Below are positions 9,118 through 20,956 of a stretch of DNA of 64,000 nucleotides, piece by piece; the stretch's first letter is position 1; every line of letters starts with the position of its first letter. Below the pieces are notes generated by a model. It saw nothing but the letters and a program-made list of their open reading frames with translations, ran no database searches and was not told the origin of the DNA. The stretch covers positions 382,492 through 446,491 of the forward strand of contig NW_027192208.1 in NCBI RefSeq assembly GCF_041956535.1, in the 5' to 3' direction. The position numbers were made by a program, and so were the translations under genes. The stretch is from Calcarisporiella thermophila CBS 279.70 (taxonomy: Eukaryota > Fungi > Calcarisporiellomycota).

Positions 9118-11463
9118 ATGAATTTAGATGCGGACAAGACCGATAGTGAGTCCTCTTTAACTTCTTCTGAACCGTCTATATACGTTTTCAAACCAGAAAG
9201 AGGAGTTTTCGAGGTTCAATCTTCTCCAACACATTCTACTCAGGCTTCCTCTCTTTCTGCAACCTCACAATCGGCTCAACAAGATAATATGATCTCGATC
9301 TCTGAACGTCATGGGCCACTTTTCCCGCCTCCAGGCCCGTCTCCCAATATTCGACCACTTTATATACATTCACAAGTCCGAGAAAGGTGCCCACTCTCTA
9401 GCAACTCCGAGTCAACGAAGAAGGCCAGCATGTCAATCGCATCGCTCATTGCTTCAGATGATATACAAGCGTTTTCAATCCCTCCAACCCTTCCTTCAGC
9501 AACACTACCACGGACACTCGAGAGTCGAAAACGTACCTTGCCTCCCGTTCATTTATCATTACAAACGGACCCAAGTATGGTCATTTCACCGTTGATGGTT
9601 GGAAATGATTTTCAATCTAGTGCATCAGTTTCTACACTTCCTCTTCAATCAAAATATTATTCCTTTCCCTTGATCACATCCACTCCGGTTCTCAGTTCGT
9701 ATACGGGTGAATCCAGTAAGCGTTACAGGCCCGATTCTTCGGGTAGAGACGAGGCATCTCCTACCAAGCGTCTTCAAACGCGATTCCCCCAGACTATATC
9801 TAGATCAGCTATCGGTGTCGGGAGTTTGCATAATAGAATCGCACAACAGAATTTTGGGCAGATAGTGTCGATCTCCTGCCTACACTCAGCTGTGGCTCAG
9901 AAATCATATGGATCTGAGAAGCGATTTCTATGTCCTCCCCCTGTGGTGAAGATATACGGACTTGACTCTCAACAATCACTAACTGTCTCAATGGCTGTGA
10001 CAGGAAGCGATATTAAGGATCAAAAAATCGTCACCAACAACGAAAGCGTGGTTTTTAAACAATTATATATAATGGGAGGTTCGAAATCGAAGAAAATTCG
10101 ACTACAACTTGATATTTCACATAATAATCCCAATACGGATAAGGATCATTGGAGGAGTTTACCTACTATTAGTTTCATGACGGACCCGGTAACAGTTATC
10201 TCAAAACCACCCAAAAAGAAGAGAGGAGCAAACTTATTGACGAGTATGCAATCGGGCGAATGGAAGATGACCAGTACAGGAACCACCTCGGGGAATTGGA
10301 TTGTTGAGGGGGGAAGAGTAGCATTTTATAACAGAATCAATTCGCAAACCGTTAGAACCAAATTTCTGAATATTGATCGCTCAAGTAAGGGTGAGTTTCG
10401 TGATATGACAACCGAAGAGATCGACGGGGGTGAGGAGGGGAAATTCAGTGCTGACGGAGGAAGGTGGACAGGCTTTATAATCAAAACATTACGATCTCCC
10501 AATATTGCCGGTTCCGACTCTAGTCAGCCAGCTATTTCAGATCAGAATGATGAGGGAGGTCGTCCTAGTCGCCCAATTCTTTATAATTCGATTGTCATAC
10601 TCACGGACCCAGAAACCAATCTTCGTTCGCCTCCACTCATTATTCGCAAGTTGGAACGCGGGAAATTGTTGCGAGATGAGGAGCAATCCACTCCCGTGAC
10701 ACAAATGCAAAAAGTAGGGCTGGAGCGAGCTTCATTTGACGCAATCGGAAGAGGAGAATTCATTGGCGCAAGAGATGAGGGATTGGGATACTGGACTATT
10801 GAAAACGATAGAGCGGAGGATGTTGTGTGCTGGACTATAGTTGGAGTGAGAGAGATGTGTGAAACTTTCGTCGTTCCGCCTCCTTCTCCTATGGCTATGA
10901 TGAGTGGTGAGCACCAGCAAAACAGAACGATAACACGCCCACCAAAGCTTCTGGAGCCACCGAAGTATAATCCGGGCGCCCACACTCTTGAGTTGGTATT
11001 TGATTGCCACCCATCCACATTTCAACACACAAATATTCGTCAACCAATTCCAACATCAAACAAGTCTGAGAATGATGGAAGGGACCCGGAGACACCTGAA
11101 AGATTACATATATTTTTGGGAGATTTGGGTCCGCTTCCCTTGCGTACGCATCTTGCTCCACTACGCATAGTACACGACTATAGTTCAATTTTTAATGCCT
11201 CTTCCGTACGAATGTCATCTTCAACTACATTTTCTGCCGATTTTGATTCTGATAATGACGATATTAGCGATCCAAATAAATGTCGCGTCGTAGTGGATCT
11301 TCCTATGGCAAGTGAGGAGACATTTGATGGGAGGCAGGGTGCAATCGAACTACCGTTATGGCTTGCTCGTGAAGATGGTGTTAAGTTTTTAATCGGAGGT
11401 TGGCAAATGTTATGCCATTTGAGTAGAGGGAGCCTGGCGAAATGGGCTATCACGAAAATTTGA
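9118..11463 (+). CDS. Fungal CSL transcription factor, paralog 2 (tandem duplicate; a 5' exon may be missing)
   Basis: Same motifs as paralog 1 (VAQKSYGSEKRFLCPPP, FYNRINSQTVRTKFL, PVTQMQKVGLE) and colinear with it to the C-terminus. First in-frame ATG at 9118. Confidence 0.9.
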   Translation: MNLDADKTDSESSLTSSEPSIYVFKPERGVFEVQSSPTHSTQASSLSATSQSAQQDNMISISERHGPLFPPPGPSPNIRPLYIHSQVRERCPLSSNSESTKKASMSIASLIASDDIQAFSIPPTLPSATLPRTLESRKRTLPPVHLSLQTDPSMVISPLMVGNDFQSSASVSTLPLQSKYYSFPLITSTPVLSSYTGESSKRYRPDSSGRDEASPTKRLQTRFPQTISRSAIGVGSLHNRIAQQNFGQIVSISCLHSAVAQKSYGSEKRFLCPPPVVKIYGLDSQQSLTVSMAVTGSDIKDQKIVTNNESVVFKQLYIMGGSKSKKIRLQLDISHNNPNTDKDHWRSLPTISFMTDPVTVISKPPKKKRGANLLTSMQSGEWKMTSTGTTSGNWIVEGGRVAFYNRINSQTVRTKFLNIDRSSKGEFRDMTTEEIDGGEEGKFSADGGRWTGFIIKTLRSPNIAGSDSSQPAISDQNDEGGRPSRPILYNSIVILTDPETNLRSPPLIIRKLERGKLLRDEEQSTPVTQMQKVGLERASFDAIGRGEFIGARDEGLGYWTIENDRAEDVVCWTIVGVREMCETFVVPPPSPMAMMSGEHQQNRTITRPPKLLEPPKYNPGAHTLELVFDCHPSTFQHTNIRQPIPTSNKSENDGRDPETPERLHIFLGDLGPLPLRTHLAPLRIVHDYSSIFNASSVRMSSSTTFSADFDSDNDDISDPNKCRVVVDLPMASEETFDGRQGAIELPLWLAREDGVKFLIGGWQMLCHLSRGSLAKWAITKI

Positions 11464-12252
11464 TTTGCTCTTACTGTATTTACTTAGTAACTCCTTTCCC
11501 CTCATTAATCTGATTAGCATGTAAATTTTGTAATCCAATATTGTATATTGACTACCTCGCATTCCTTCCTAGAAATTTCTGAAATGATATTCTGTCTTAC
11601 TATTCTTACTACTCTTACTATTTTTTTAATCCTTTCGTTGAAAAAATGAGAAATCAATTTGCTTTAATTTCACTCTAGAAGAAGGGCTCGAAAAATGAAA
11701 TCAATTCAACACTCTGTTTCAATTGTTTCTCACTAATCCATTACTTTAAAAATAATACGCAATTCTTTTATAGACTAAATAAAAATAATATTGAGCCCAT
11801 TATGCATTCAAAACTATTTCTAAATTTTACATATAATATTTATCTCTACTTGTATTTGAGAGGAGATTAACAAGATTTGCGACAAAAGGCTATGACCATC
11901 CTGCTTCATTTTACCTTTTATTTCAATCTTAATACTCCCTTCCTTCATTTATTTTAAAAAAAATTCAACCAATATTGATGGCATTATTGTGGATTAGCGG
12001 CCGCAAATCATGAGAGATATCTTTATTTTCTTTTACCGAAGTCTTAATCATCCGTGAAAGTTATCTTTTTATTTTTAATCAAACTAATGGATCAAAATGT
12101 ATTTTATAATTAGTGATATTTTTATTTATAAAGTTTGACGAGAACAAATACAGTATTGCTTCTCAGAGAAATTCTCTCTTATATATTACAGGAGTTTGGT
12201 GGATTAAATATTATATTTAGTAAAAATGAATAGTGAAATATTGCTGATTAAG

Positions 12253-13738
12253 CTAGAGGCCTTCGACCATTTTGCGATAGGCATAAGTATCGCCTAGCCT
12301 CTCTTCCTGAAAGTGCGATCGATTTTGCGGCGAAAGATTCGATTCCAATTGATAATAATTGGTGGACATTTGGGTCCCTATTTCGAACGTCGAAGTCTTT
12401 GGATCCCGAATAGAGCTATTCTTATCTGCCTTCAAAATCCGGAACACGATAAACCGACCAATTCGCTCACCCATCGTTTTCTGACGAGGCTTGTGTTCAG
12501 TAGCGAGAGGATATGGCTGTTCCTCATGTCCATATTTTGCAATAAGATCATTCTTAATGGTATTAAAAGAATTATGGACTGCAGGATCAAGAGAAAAGGC
12601 AATCAGGTTCAGAATGCCTGGGATATCTTTTTATGGGCAAATACGCATCGTTAGTAGGCATGGAGGGCGAGTATCAAACTTGATAATACCTGTTCCCCAA
12701 ACGGACCACACGTCAATCCCAAAATTCAATTCTCTACGATGGTGCATCCACAGCTCACAAATGCAGAATCCCATTTGAGTGATGAACGGAATAAGCGGGT
12801 ACAATGCACTAGAGCCAAAAATTAATATATAAATTGAACATTTAGAAATTAGCTTTCTCTGCCAATACTACTCACATGCGGCGAATAAGTTTATGCAGCG
12901 TTTTTTGCGTTTTACGGAATCGTGATTCTAATTCCGTGTTAGGGCGTGGGGTTTGAGACATGGACGCAAGTTCGCGCGCACTGTTCTGAAGCTTAATGAT
13001 AACTAATATAACGACCACCGTACAGTATACGCAGCTGCCCATCACCCAAAAAAGATAGGTAGCCCATTCAATATTCTTTGCCAGCTGGGTATGGCTGTCT
13101 TTGTACCAGCAGAGTTGCTGTGCTAAATCGAAGCCCAGATGGTTGAGTGCTAGAAAATGAATTGATTAGCATATCTCTACTCTGATTGTAGCATGACATT
13201 CTATTATTTGGAGTAGCTACCATATGGAGGGATGCTGATGATCAGGGAAGCCAGGATGGGTACTCCCCAGTACCAATACTCCCACCACTGGCGATAAGGA
13301 CGGCCGTGCAAGAAAACAAGCTGCAAATTGATGGCAATGGCATCGGTGAGAAAGCTATAGAGTAGCGTAAGCCAGACAACGGACCATGCAGCGAAGTCGC
13401 ATACCCATCCGCTTACAGGATAGAATGTGTAGATGAGGAAAGCGATTGCCTTCAACGCATCCACAAATGAAATCGCAGCCGTAAGACGCAAGGAAACTCG
13501 ATCCACAAGTTTTCGATTATAACATCCTTATATCAATATTTTAATCAACGATAAGTTAGGAGAAAGGATAAACGAAGCCTGCATAATTACCAAGACCGAT
13601 TATTATAAACACCACGATGAGACCGCATGCCAGCCCGAGTGAGTTGAGGATGACGTTAGAATAAAACACAAAGTCGTTTTGCCACTGCTCTTTCAGAGTC
13701 AAGTCTGGGACGCCGGGGGGTAAAGGGGTCTTATCCAT
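12253..13738 (-). CDS. 7TM GPCR-like protein (cAMP-receptor-like/Git3-like), multi-exon
   Basis: Spliced hydrophobic helices: NSLGLACGLIVVFIII, DRVSLRLTAAISFVDAL, C...W...LYSFLTDAIAINLQLVF, WEYWYWGVP, LCWY, RRIALYPLIPFI, GILNLIAFSLDPA. Confidence 0.75.
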
Positions 13739-14372
13739 TGCTTGACATAGGTTACGGGGAAGAAACAAGCATAAACAAAGGAGGGAGGGCGAGGTTTAAA
13801 TGCGAAGCGTAGACCGAGCTTATGTGGTATTGAAAATATATGTAGCATGATTGTCACTTTATTACTCAACCGCACGTGCAGGGCTCTTGCGGAATATAAT
13901 ACCCTCATCCAATAGTATAGCATTACCGAAGCTTCAATAAAGAAAGTCCCCTTCGAAAGGTATCAGCTACGAAAATTGCATTGTCGCACATGCGGACTTT
14001 TTAGGACGACTCGGTACCACGAGCAGTAAACTAAACATTTCATTGGCACACATTGGAATATTGAGTTTATATTTTTAAATAAAGTTGTTGGTGCACTTAA
14101 CTCGAGTGATTTTAGTATCAAAATCGGACAAGCCCTATATACTTAGGCTTAAATTCTCTCGAAATCGTTTTTTCCCCTATTTTTTTTTTTAATTCTCTGG
14201 CTTTCTTGTCTCTTTTGTCTTAATCCTTATTTTCATTATTCTTATATTCTTCTCCTATTTTCTCAATATCTGTAGTATTTTCAAAATATTGATTATTTCT
14301 CCATAACTTCTCTCTCACCAAGGTTTCTTTTTTCTCTCATTCTCCCCCTCTTATCACATTAATACCGTTAAT

Positions 14373-16355
14373 ATGCCCTCTAAATCCTTTAAACGTCGTA
14401 CACTTTTTGCCCTCGCAACTGCAGTAGCAGCACTTGGCTTGGTTAATCAAGTAAATGCTGTCGATGTCGATAAGCTCCTTCAGGCTGATCTCGATCTCGG
14501 CCTTTGCAATGGTATCAATTTACGCGAAGCTACTATTCAAGACCTGCAGTATGCATTTGAGAATAACTTGCTCAGCTCTCACCAGCTCACCAAGTGTTAT
14601 CTCGACCGCATCAAGGTGATGAACCCTCACCTCAACGCTATTATTGAAGTAAACAAAGATGCTCTCGAAATTGCCGAGAATTTGGATAAGGAACGTAAAC
14701 AAAAAGGCTCTCGCGGACCTCTGCATGGGATTCCGATTCTGGTGAAGGATAATGTTGCCACTCGCGACGGTATGGAAACCGGCGCAGGTTCTTTGGCTCT
14801 GGTTGGCGCAAAACCAAAACAAGATGCTACGGTTGTTGCCAAACTTCGCAAGGCAGGAGCGATCATACTGGGTAAATCAAACATGTCAGAATGGGCCAAG
14901 TATGAGTGCTGCGCATTTTTCTATTGAATATAGTGCATTGATTAGATATACTTATATTTAGCTTCCGCTCCATGTCTTCAGTCGAAGCGTGGTCTGCACG
15001 CGGTGGTCAGACTCATGATGCCTACATTTTGAGCGCTCAACCTTCTGGTTCAAGTTCTGGCTCTGCGGTAGCTGTAGCTGCGAATCTGGCAGTGGCTGCT
15101 CTCGGTACCGAGACTGATGGTTCCATTATCGCTCCTGCAGCTCGAAATGCCGCTGTCGGTCTTAAGCCCACAGTCGGCGTGACATCACGTGCCGGTGTTA
15201 TTCCCATCTCTTCTACACAAGATTCGGTATGCTAGTTTTTTTCTGATAAATCACAAAAATTGAGGCTAATTTTGATGCATGCATTAACATCTGTGCATAA
15301 CTTTCATAATTCCGCTAGATTGGTCCTATCACTCGTACAGTCACTGATGCGGCTATCATTATGAATGCTATTGCTGGATTTGATCCTCGTGATGATGCTA
15401 CAAAAAAGATGAAAAAAGTCCCTGATTATGGGAGGAGCCTAAGGCGTGATGGTTTGAAGGTCGAGAATTGCAGTTGAGATACTATGAAGAATGCAGAGAT
15501 TATTGACACTTTTCTAATGCATTAGAATGTCCGCATCGGTATTCCGCGCAAGCCATACTGGACCGCCAAATCTATCAAATCTCAACTCTTCCAGTTGGAG
15601 AATGCTCTCACCCTAATGCGCAACTTAGGAGCGCGTATTCGCGACAATTCCGAAATTCCAACTGCGGACAAACTCAATAGTGATGAGTGGGTATGGTTTG
15701 ATAGCGGTAAGCATATTCGACATGATATAACTTCCGGGCATAGGAGGTAAATTAATCCTTTTCCGCGACTATAGAGTTGAACGTATGCTTAACTGAGTTC
15801 AAGGTCGGCCTGAATAACTATCTCCAAAATGAGCTGGAAAGTTCTCCGGTGCGCTCCCTCGCCGATATTATTGAGTTTAATGAGAAGCATAAAGACAAGG
15901 AAATGAAACTTTTTGGCCAAGATTTATTGATACGCTCCCAGGCTACAAAGGGTTTGGAAGATCCTGAGTATTTAAAATCTCGCTCAACCAACTTAAAGCT
16001 CGCTAGAGAGATGGGCATTGACAAGGTTTTGAATGATTATAATTTGGATGTGTTGGTAGTCCCTTCTGAACCCTTAGCTCCTGAAACTACCCCAGCAGCT
16101 GTTGCCGGCTACCCAATGATTACTGTAAATTTGCTTTTTTAGTCTATATTCAGGATTAATTTTTAACCTTGCTCTTTTGCATTCTTTTAGCTGCCTTTTG
16201 GATATGACGAGGATGGCCTCCCTCTAGGCATTTCTTTCATTGGGCGTGCTTATAGTGAACAGCTCTTGCTCAAAATTGGCTATGCATTTGAGCAGGCTAC
16301 ACGTGCGCGTGTCCCCCCCAATTACAAGAAGTGCTGCTCTAAAGTTGACATCTAA
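14373..16355 (+). CDS. Secreted amidase-signature family enzyme (multi-exon)
   Basis: Signal peptide, GPLHGIPILVKDN (catalytic Lys), GSSSGSAVAVA and GTETDGSI (Ser-cisSer), GLKPTVG, GYPMIT/LPFG, EQLLLKIGYAFEQAT. Confidence 0.92.
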
Positions 16356-17381
16356 TTTCATTCTATCTATTTAATCGCTCTAATGCTTTCTTCTTTTTAC
16401 TTGCAATCTTGGTGTGTATATGAGCTGAAAATAAACTCCCTTATTTATTTATCCAATTACAACTAAGCCCTTAGTTCTTTTAATAAAGATATTCTAGTTC
16501 TAGTAGAAAGCCTGCTAAGCAACAAGGCTGTAATCCAATGAATAAGAGGTGGCTTTCAAAGTTCGCTGAGTCTTTCTTCAGTTTTCAATGACGCCATCGG
16601 CTGAATATCTTTGACATTGCAGGTAGGCTAAACTCGAATAGATTTTGGCTGAAACGATTCGATCGCTTTACAAAAATATATGGTAATGTATAGGCTGAGG
16701 GCTGCTTGCGTTTTCTATGCACCTCTTCTAAAATAAAGTGCCGGTCAACTGATTCAAACAACTCAGCAAATCATTCCATTATTGTCGTCAACTTGCAGGG
16801 GCTAATATCCTCTATCAATTTGAAAAAAAAAATTTAGCCGGGGAAATGGTCGTAGATCAGAGTGTTTTGGGTGATATGTAATGATGGTAAACAGTTTCAT
16901 CTTGCTGATTTAATCCCAATCAGCCCCAGTGTCATCTTAATCTTGGTGTAGTCGTATCTGGTATTGTGTTTTGAAATTGACATGTAAAAAACGAAAAAAA
17001 GACTTTAAATATTATTTAAATATACACCTAACAACGCGTGAAAGGAAATGAAAAAATACAGAGAAACTATAAGAAAGAATAGTTCATAAAATCAAAGTAC
17101 TATACCCACAAAAGCGCATTAACAAAATAACAATAAAATAGGCAAATAAAAGCAGCATTAAAAATAAGATAGAGAATTTGGTAGGAATAGTAATATTACC
17201 GATCAATAAAAAACGAATCCAGAAAGCGTCGAGTTCAACTATCTCGAAGCCTAAAAATTCTTCTCGCCATCACAGAGTTCCATGCATCTCCTTACAAAAA
17301 AAAAAAAAATACAAAGAAAAAACAGGAAAATAAAACAAGAGTTGCATACAATACATTGAAAGATAAGATAATAATTTAGTG

Positions 17382-19015
17382 TCATGATTGAGATGCATGC
17401 CACATTCCAATTGCAAAATTCGTTGGAAAGCTCGGGCGATGTGGACGGACATTCATCAATTCACACAATTTTTTCATGGCCTCAGTATTTTCCGTCTCCA
17501 TTGCGCCCAGACTACAGTTGTTGAGGTCATTGCCAGCAGCGCTTGTTGTGGAATATTCGGTGGGGCTTATCTCTTCAAAATCTAAAAGACCCGCCGGATT
17601 AAGTGGTGCAGCCGGGTGGGGCATAATTGAGGGTGCGGAGAGCAGATTAAGAAGAAACAGCGAAGCATTTGAAATCGGATTCGAGAGCTGATCCTCAGAG
17701 TCAGTTGGGGTGCCCACTAGCTCTTCTTTCGTGGCTGTGGACGAGGTCGAGTTGGTGGTAGTCAAGAGCTCACCGAAATAATCATTGATGAGCATCTGAT
17801 CCTCTTGGCGCTCAGAGGGTGTATGCGTAGAAAGTGGGGAAGAAATAGATGGAGTTGGTTGCGGCTCTCCTTGTTGTTGGGATGAAGGATGAAGTAGGGG
17901 TTGAAGTGGAGGGGGAATAGAGGAAACATCGCTATCCAACTTTTTCTTTTCATGGTGAACCTCGGCTATTCCATCCATTGATACATCTGCCATATTTTGT
18001 GCGTTCAAACCGTTAGAAACTTCCGATGCTTCCTCTGCTATGGTAGCAGAGTTCTCGGCCAGTTGGTCCGACCGTTGCTGTGGCATTAATGGCGATTTCT
18101 GTAAAGTACCTGGGCGATTATTCTCATGGCTCTTCTCATCTTTCTCTCCACCCTCTGAACCAACTATTTCCTTAATTTCGTTCTCATCGCTCTCTTTCAT
18201 TTCATCTTTCACGTCTACTACTTTCTCCAGCTTTTCACCTTTTAGTTGAGCCTTCAGTGCCTTGTTTTCCTGAATAACTTCGTCATAAGCTCGTTTTAAA
18301 TCCTCAAGTTCTTTCACCCTTTCCTCTAGATCCTTTACGTATTGTATCTTTCGTTGGCGGAATGCGCGCTGTGCCGCTCGATTTTGTTCCGCTCGGCGGG
18401 CAGTGCTGGTAGCTCGCCTACCGTATTGCATGTGATGTGATAAATTTTGATATGAGTAGGGGCTAGGAGCAGATGGAATAGAAGTTGGCGAGAAATTAGA
18501 ACTAGAGGATGGCGTGACTGCCTGCGGAAGAGCTTTGGGCAAAGCTGTGTCAGCTATGGCTGAAGTGACAATGGTAGAGCTGACGCTACCTAATAAATTT
18601 AAATACTCAGAGTGTTAATTGCTTCAAAAAAAAGTAAAAGAAATCCACCAAAACTCATAGTTAAACCAATTTGCATACCAATTTCGTGACCATTAGTAGA
18701 TCTCTCGAATCTTCTCTCATTTCCTCTGTTTGTGCTGGTTCCACCCGCCCAGTTGCCGCTTGTGGAAGATGTCGGTGTGTTTTGAGAATACCATCCCCGG
18801 CTTCCCCCTCCCATCAATCCATTAATATTTTCTCCTGTAGGTGTAGGCAATAATGGCTGTGAATGGTTAGGAGCAAAGCCAGGAGGAAACGTAGATCCTG
18901 GAGGGACTCCAGATCTTTCTTGGGCCGTGAGCGGAGGAGGCTGCGGGGGCCATCCCGAGTTCATTGCAGGGGGAATAGAGGTAGAGATTGGGTTCGGGAA
19001 CGGCAACCTGTTCAT
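17382..19015 (-). CDS. bZIP transcription factor (Yap/AP-1-like basic region), 2 exons
   Basis: RRAEQNRAAQRAFRQRKIQYVKDLEERVKELE followed by a leucine zipper. The Pro-rich first exon joins through an intron near 18590-18670. Confidence 0.85.
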
Positions 19016-19325
19016 CAAAAAATACCGTACTGGAACAAGTCAATTTGAAATGAGAATTTTGAAGCAAATTGAATATGCTAATATATAAGTGTGCTAAGTA
19101 GTGCTTTATCTTAATTGTGAGAACAAAAGAACGGCTTTTGCGAGAAAAAAAAAAATGCTGCGCACCGATTAATTTTCGCTTGTTTCTCCGCCAAATTCTG
19201 ATACTATTTGGAAATATCGATTTCCTCTCAGGGATATTTGCCGCAGAGATAAAATATTCCAAAATATGTCTTTATTTTAAAGACCAACCCATAGAAAAAG
19301 GTTACTATCCATACGAAATTAATAC

Positions 19326-20608
19326 TTAGAGTTCTTTTATGAAGCCACGTCTGGAGCGACCAGGACCAGAACCTGCAGCAAGATTGAATTTTTCTGCGAG
19401 CTGTAAAAATGACAAGGCAGCACCGAGTTAGTACATATACTTGAAAGATTTAAAGAGGCTCATACTTCGTTGATGGCGTTTGCACCTTTTGTTACAGCGG
19501 CTAAATACGTGATTACTACTACATCATTACACTCTGTCATGAATTCTTCGTGGAACTCATCCACATCCATTGTTGGCAATTGATTACACAGGCTGCTAAT
19601 TTTTCGTAAAATGTCATGGTCCCGTTGAATTTCTCCCTTTTCAACACTTGTTAAATATTCATGCAATAGCTTCACGCGCGACTGAAGCATTCCAATTGCA
19701 TTTCTTTGATTGACTAGATGCGCAATTAAAGATGAACCAGCTCCTGCGCTTTCGTTTACTGTCTGGTTGACATGGTCGACTGAAATGCGCTCTGCCTCTC
19801 CTGTTTCAATACGATATGATGCAGCAATGAAAAGATGCTGAGGAACACCATTTACTATGTCGATCGTAGACTCATAGAGCGCAAGTGGGAGATTTCGTGA
19901 AGAAGAAACCACAAGTTGGGTAGGGTTAAGTTGCAGGAACAGTGGGCTTTCATTAAAGTCCATCATCTAAAAACTATATTAGTCATAGTACTTTAAAAAT
20001 TATACAACAGAGTGAAATTACCTGTTTATGAATGTGCATTTCCATTTCAGTTGGAGTCTGACCCACAGAATACCACCCTAGGAAATCGTAGTCAGGGAAT
20101 ACTTGCAGAACTAATAAAAATTATGAGATTAAGAAGAGTGGGCATAAAGGGAGAAAAATACTATTTACACTGTTCTTGTCTTGACACAAAAAACGAGTGA
20201 TCCACAACTATCTTCTCGTCTATAATTTTACATAATAGTTCGTACGTATTGTAGATCTCGATTTCTCTCCCTTTTTGTGTGCCAAGTAGCGCTCCGAAAA
20301 CTAAATGAAAATTAATATTTTAATCGAGAATACAAGTTAAAAATAAAATGAATTTACCACGATTGGTTGCATTTCCTTGTACTTTCTCCCGTGTATAGTG
20401 ATCTGATATATTCATTAGTGCCAGTGGATGTCTTTTATAAAGAAAAATAGTATATATTATGTGTATTCAGATAAGAATTTTTTATTAATCAAAATATATA
20501 CACTTACAGTGCTACATTTAGACCAGAGTTATTGGTTGATTGTGATACAACAGAAGACGTATTCACTATAGTAGATGTTGCACTGCGTTCCTCGAAGGTC
20601 CCCTCCAT
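19326..20608 (-). CDS. CSN6: COP9 signalosome subunit 6 (MPN- domain)
   Basis: Spliced VALHPLALMNISDHYTR, GALLGTQKGREIEI, FLQVFPDYDFLGWY, YRIETGEAERISVDHV, LRKISSLCNQLP. Confidence 0.92.
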
Positions 20609-20956
20609 CTCTGTGAGTAGACGAATAAAAATTGATATGATATTGTACTCGAAGTGGCAAGTTAAACTTTCATATATAGATGAAACTAAGCCTCAGAGTC
20701 CAATTCGATTCCAAACTGTGTGGCATTGATTCATATTCCAAATATGTCAATTATGATCGCTTTTCGTTTTAATACACGAATATATACTAAGATAACCTCC
20801 ACCTACTATGGTTTGTATATCCATCACTTTTTTTTTTCTCTCCATCTTAATACCCCAATTATTGTTTCTTATAATTTTACATAAGTATCCTTCATTTTAA
20901 CTACAAGAGCAACCTCCTTTTTTTTGTATAGCTTTGCATTGCCACATGCATTCTCA

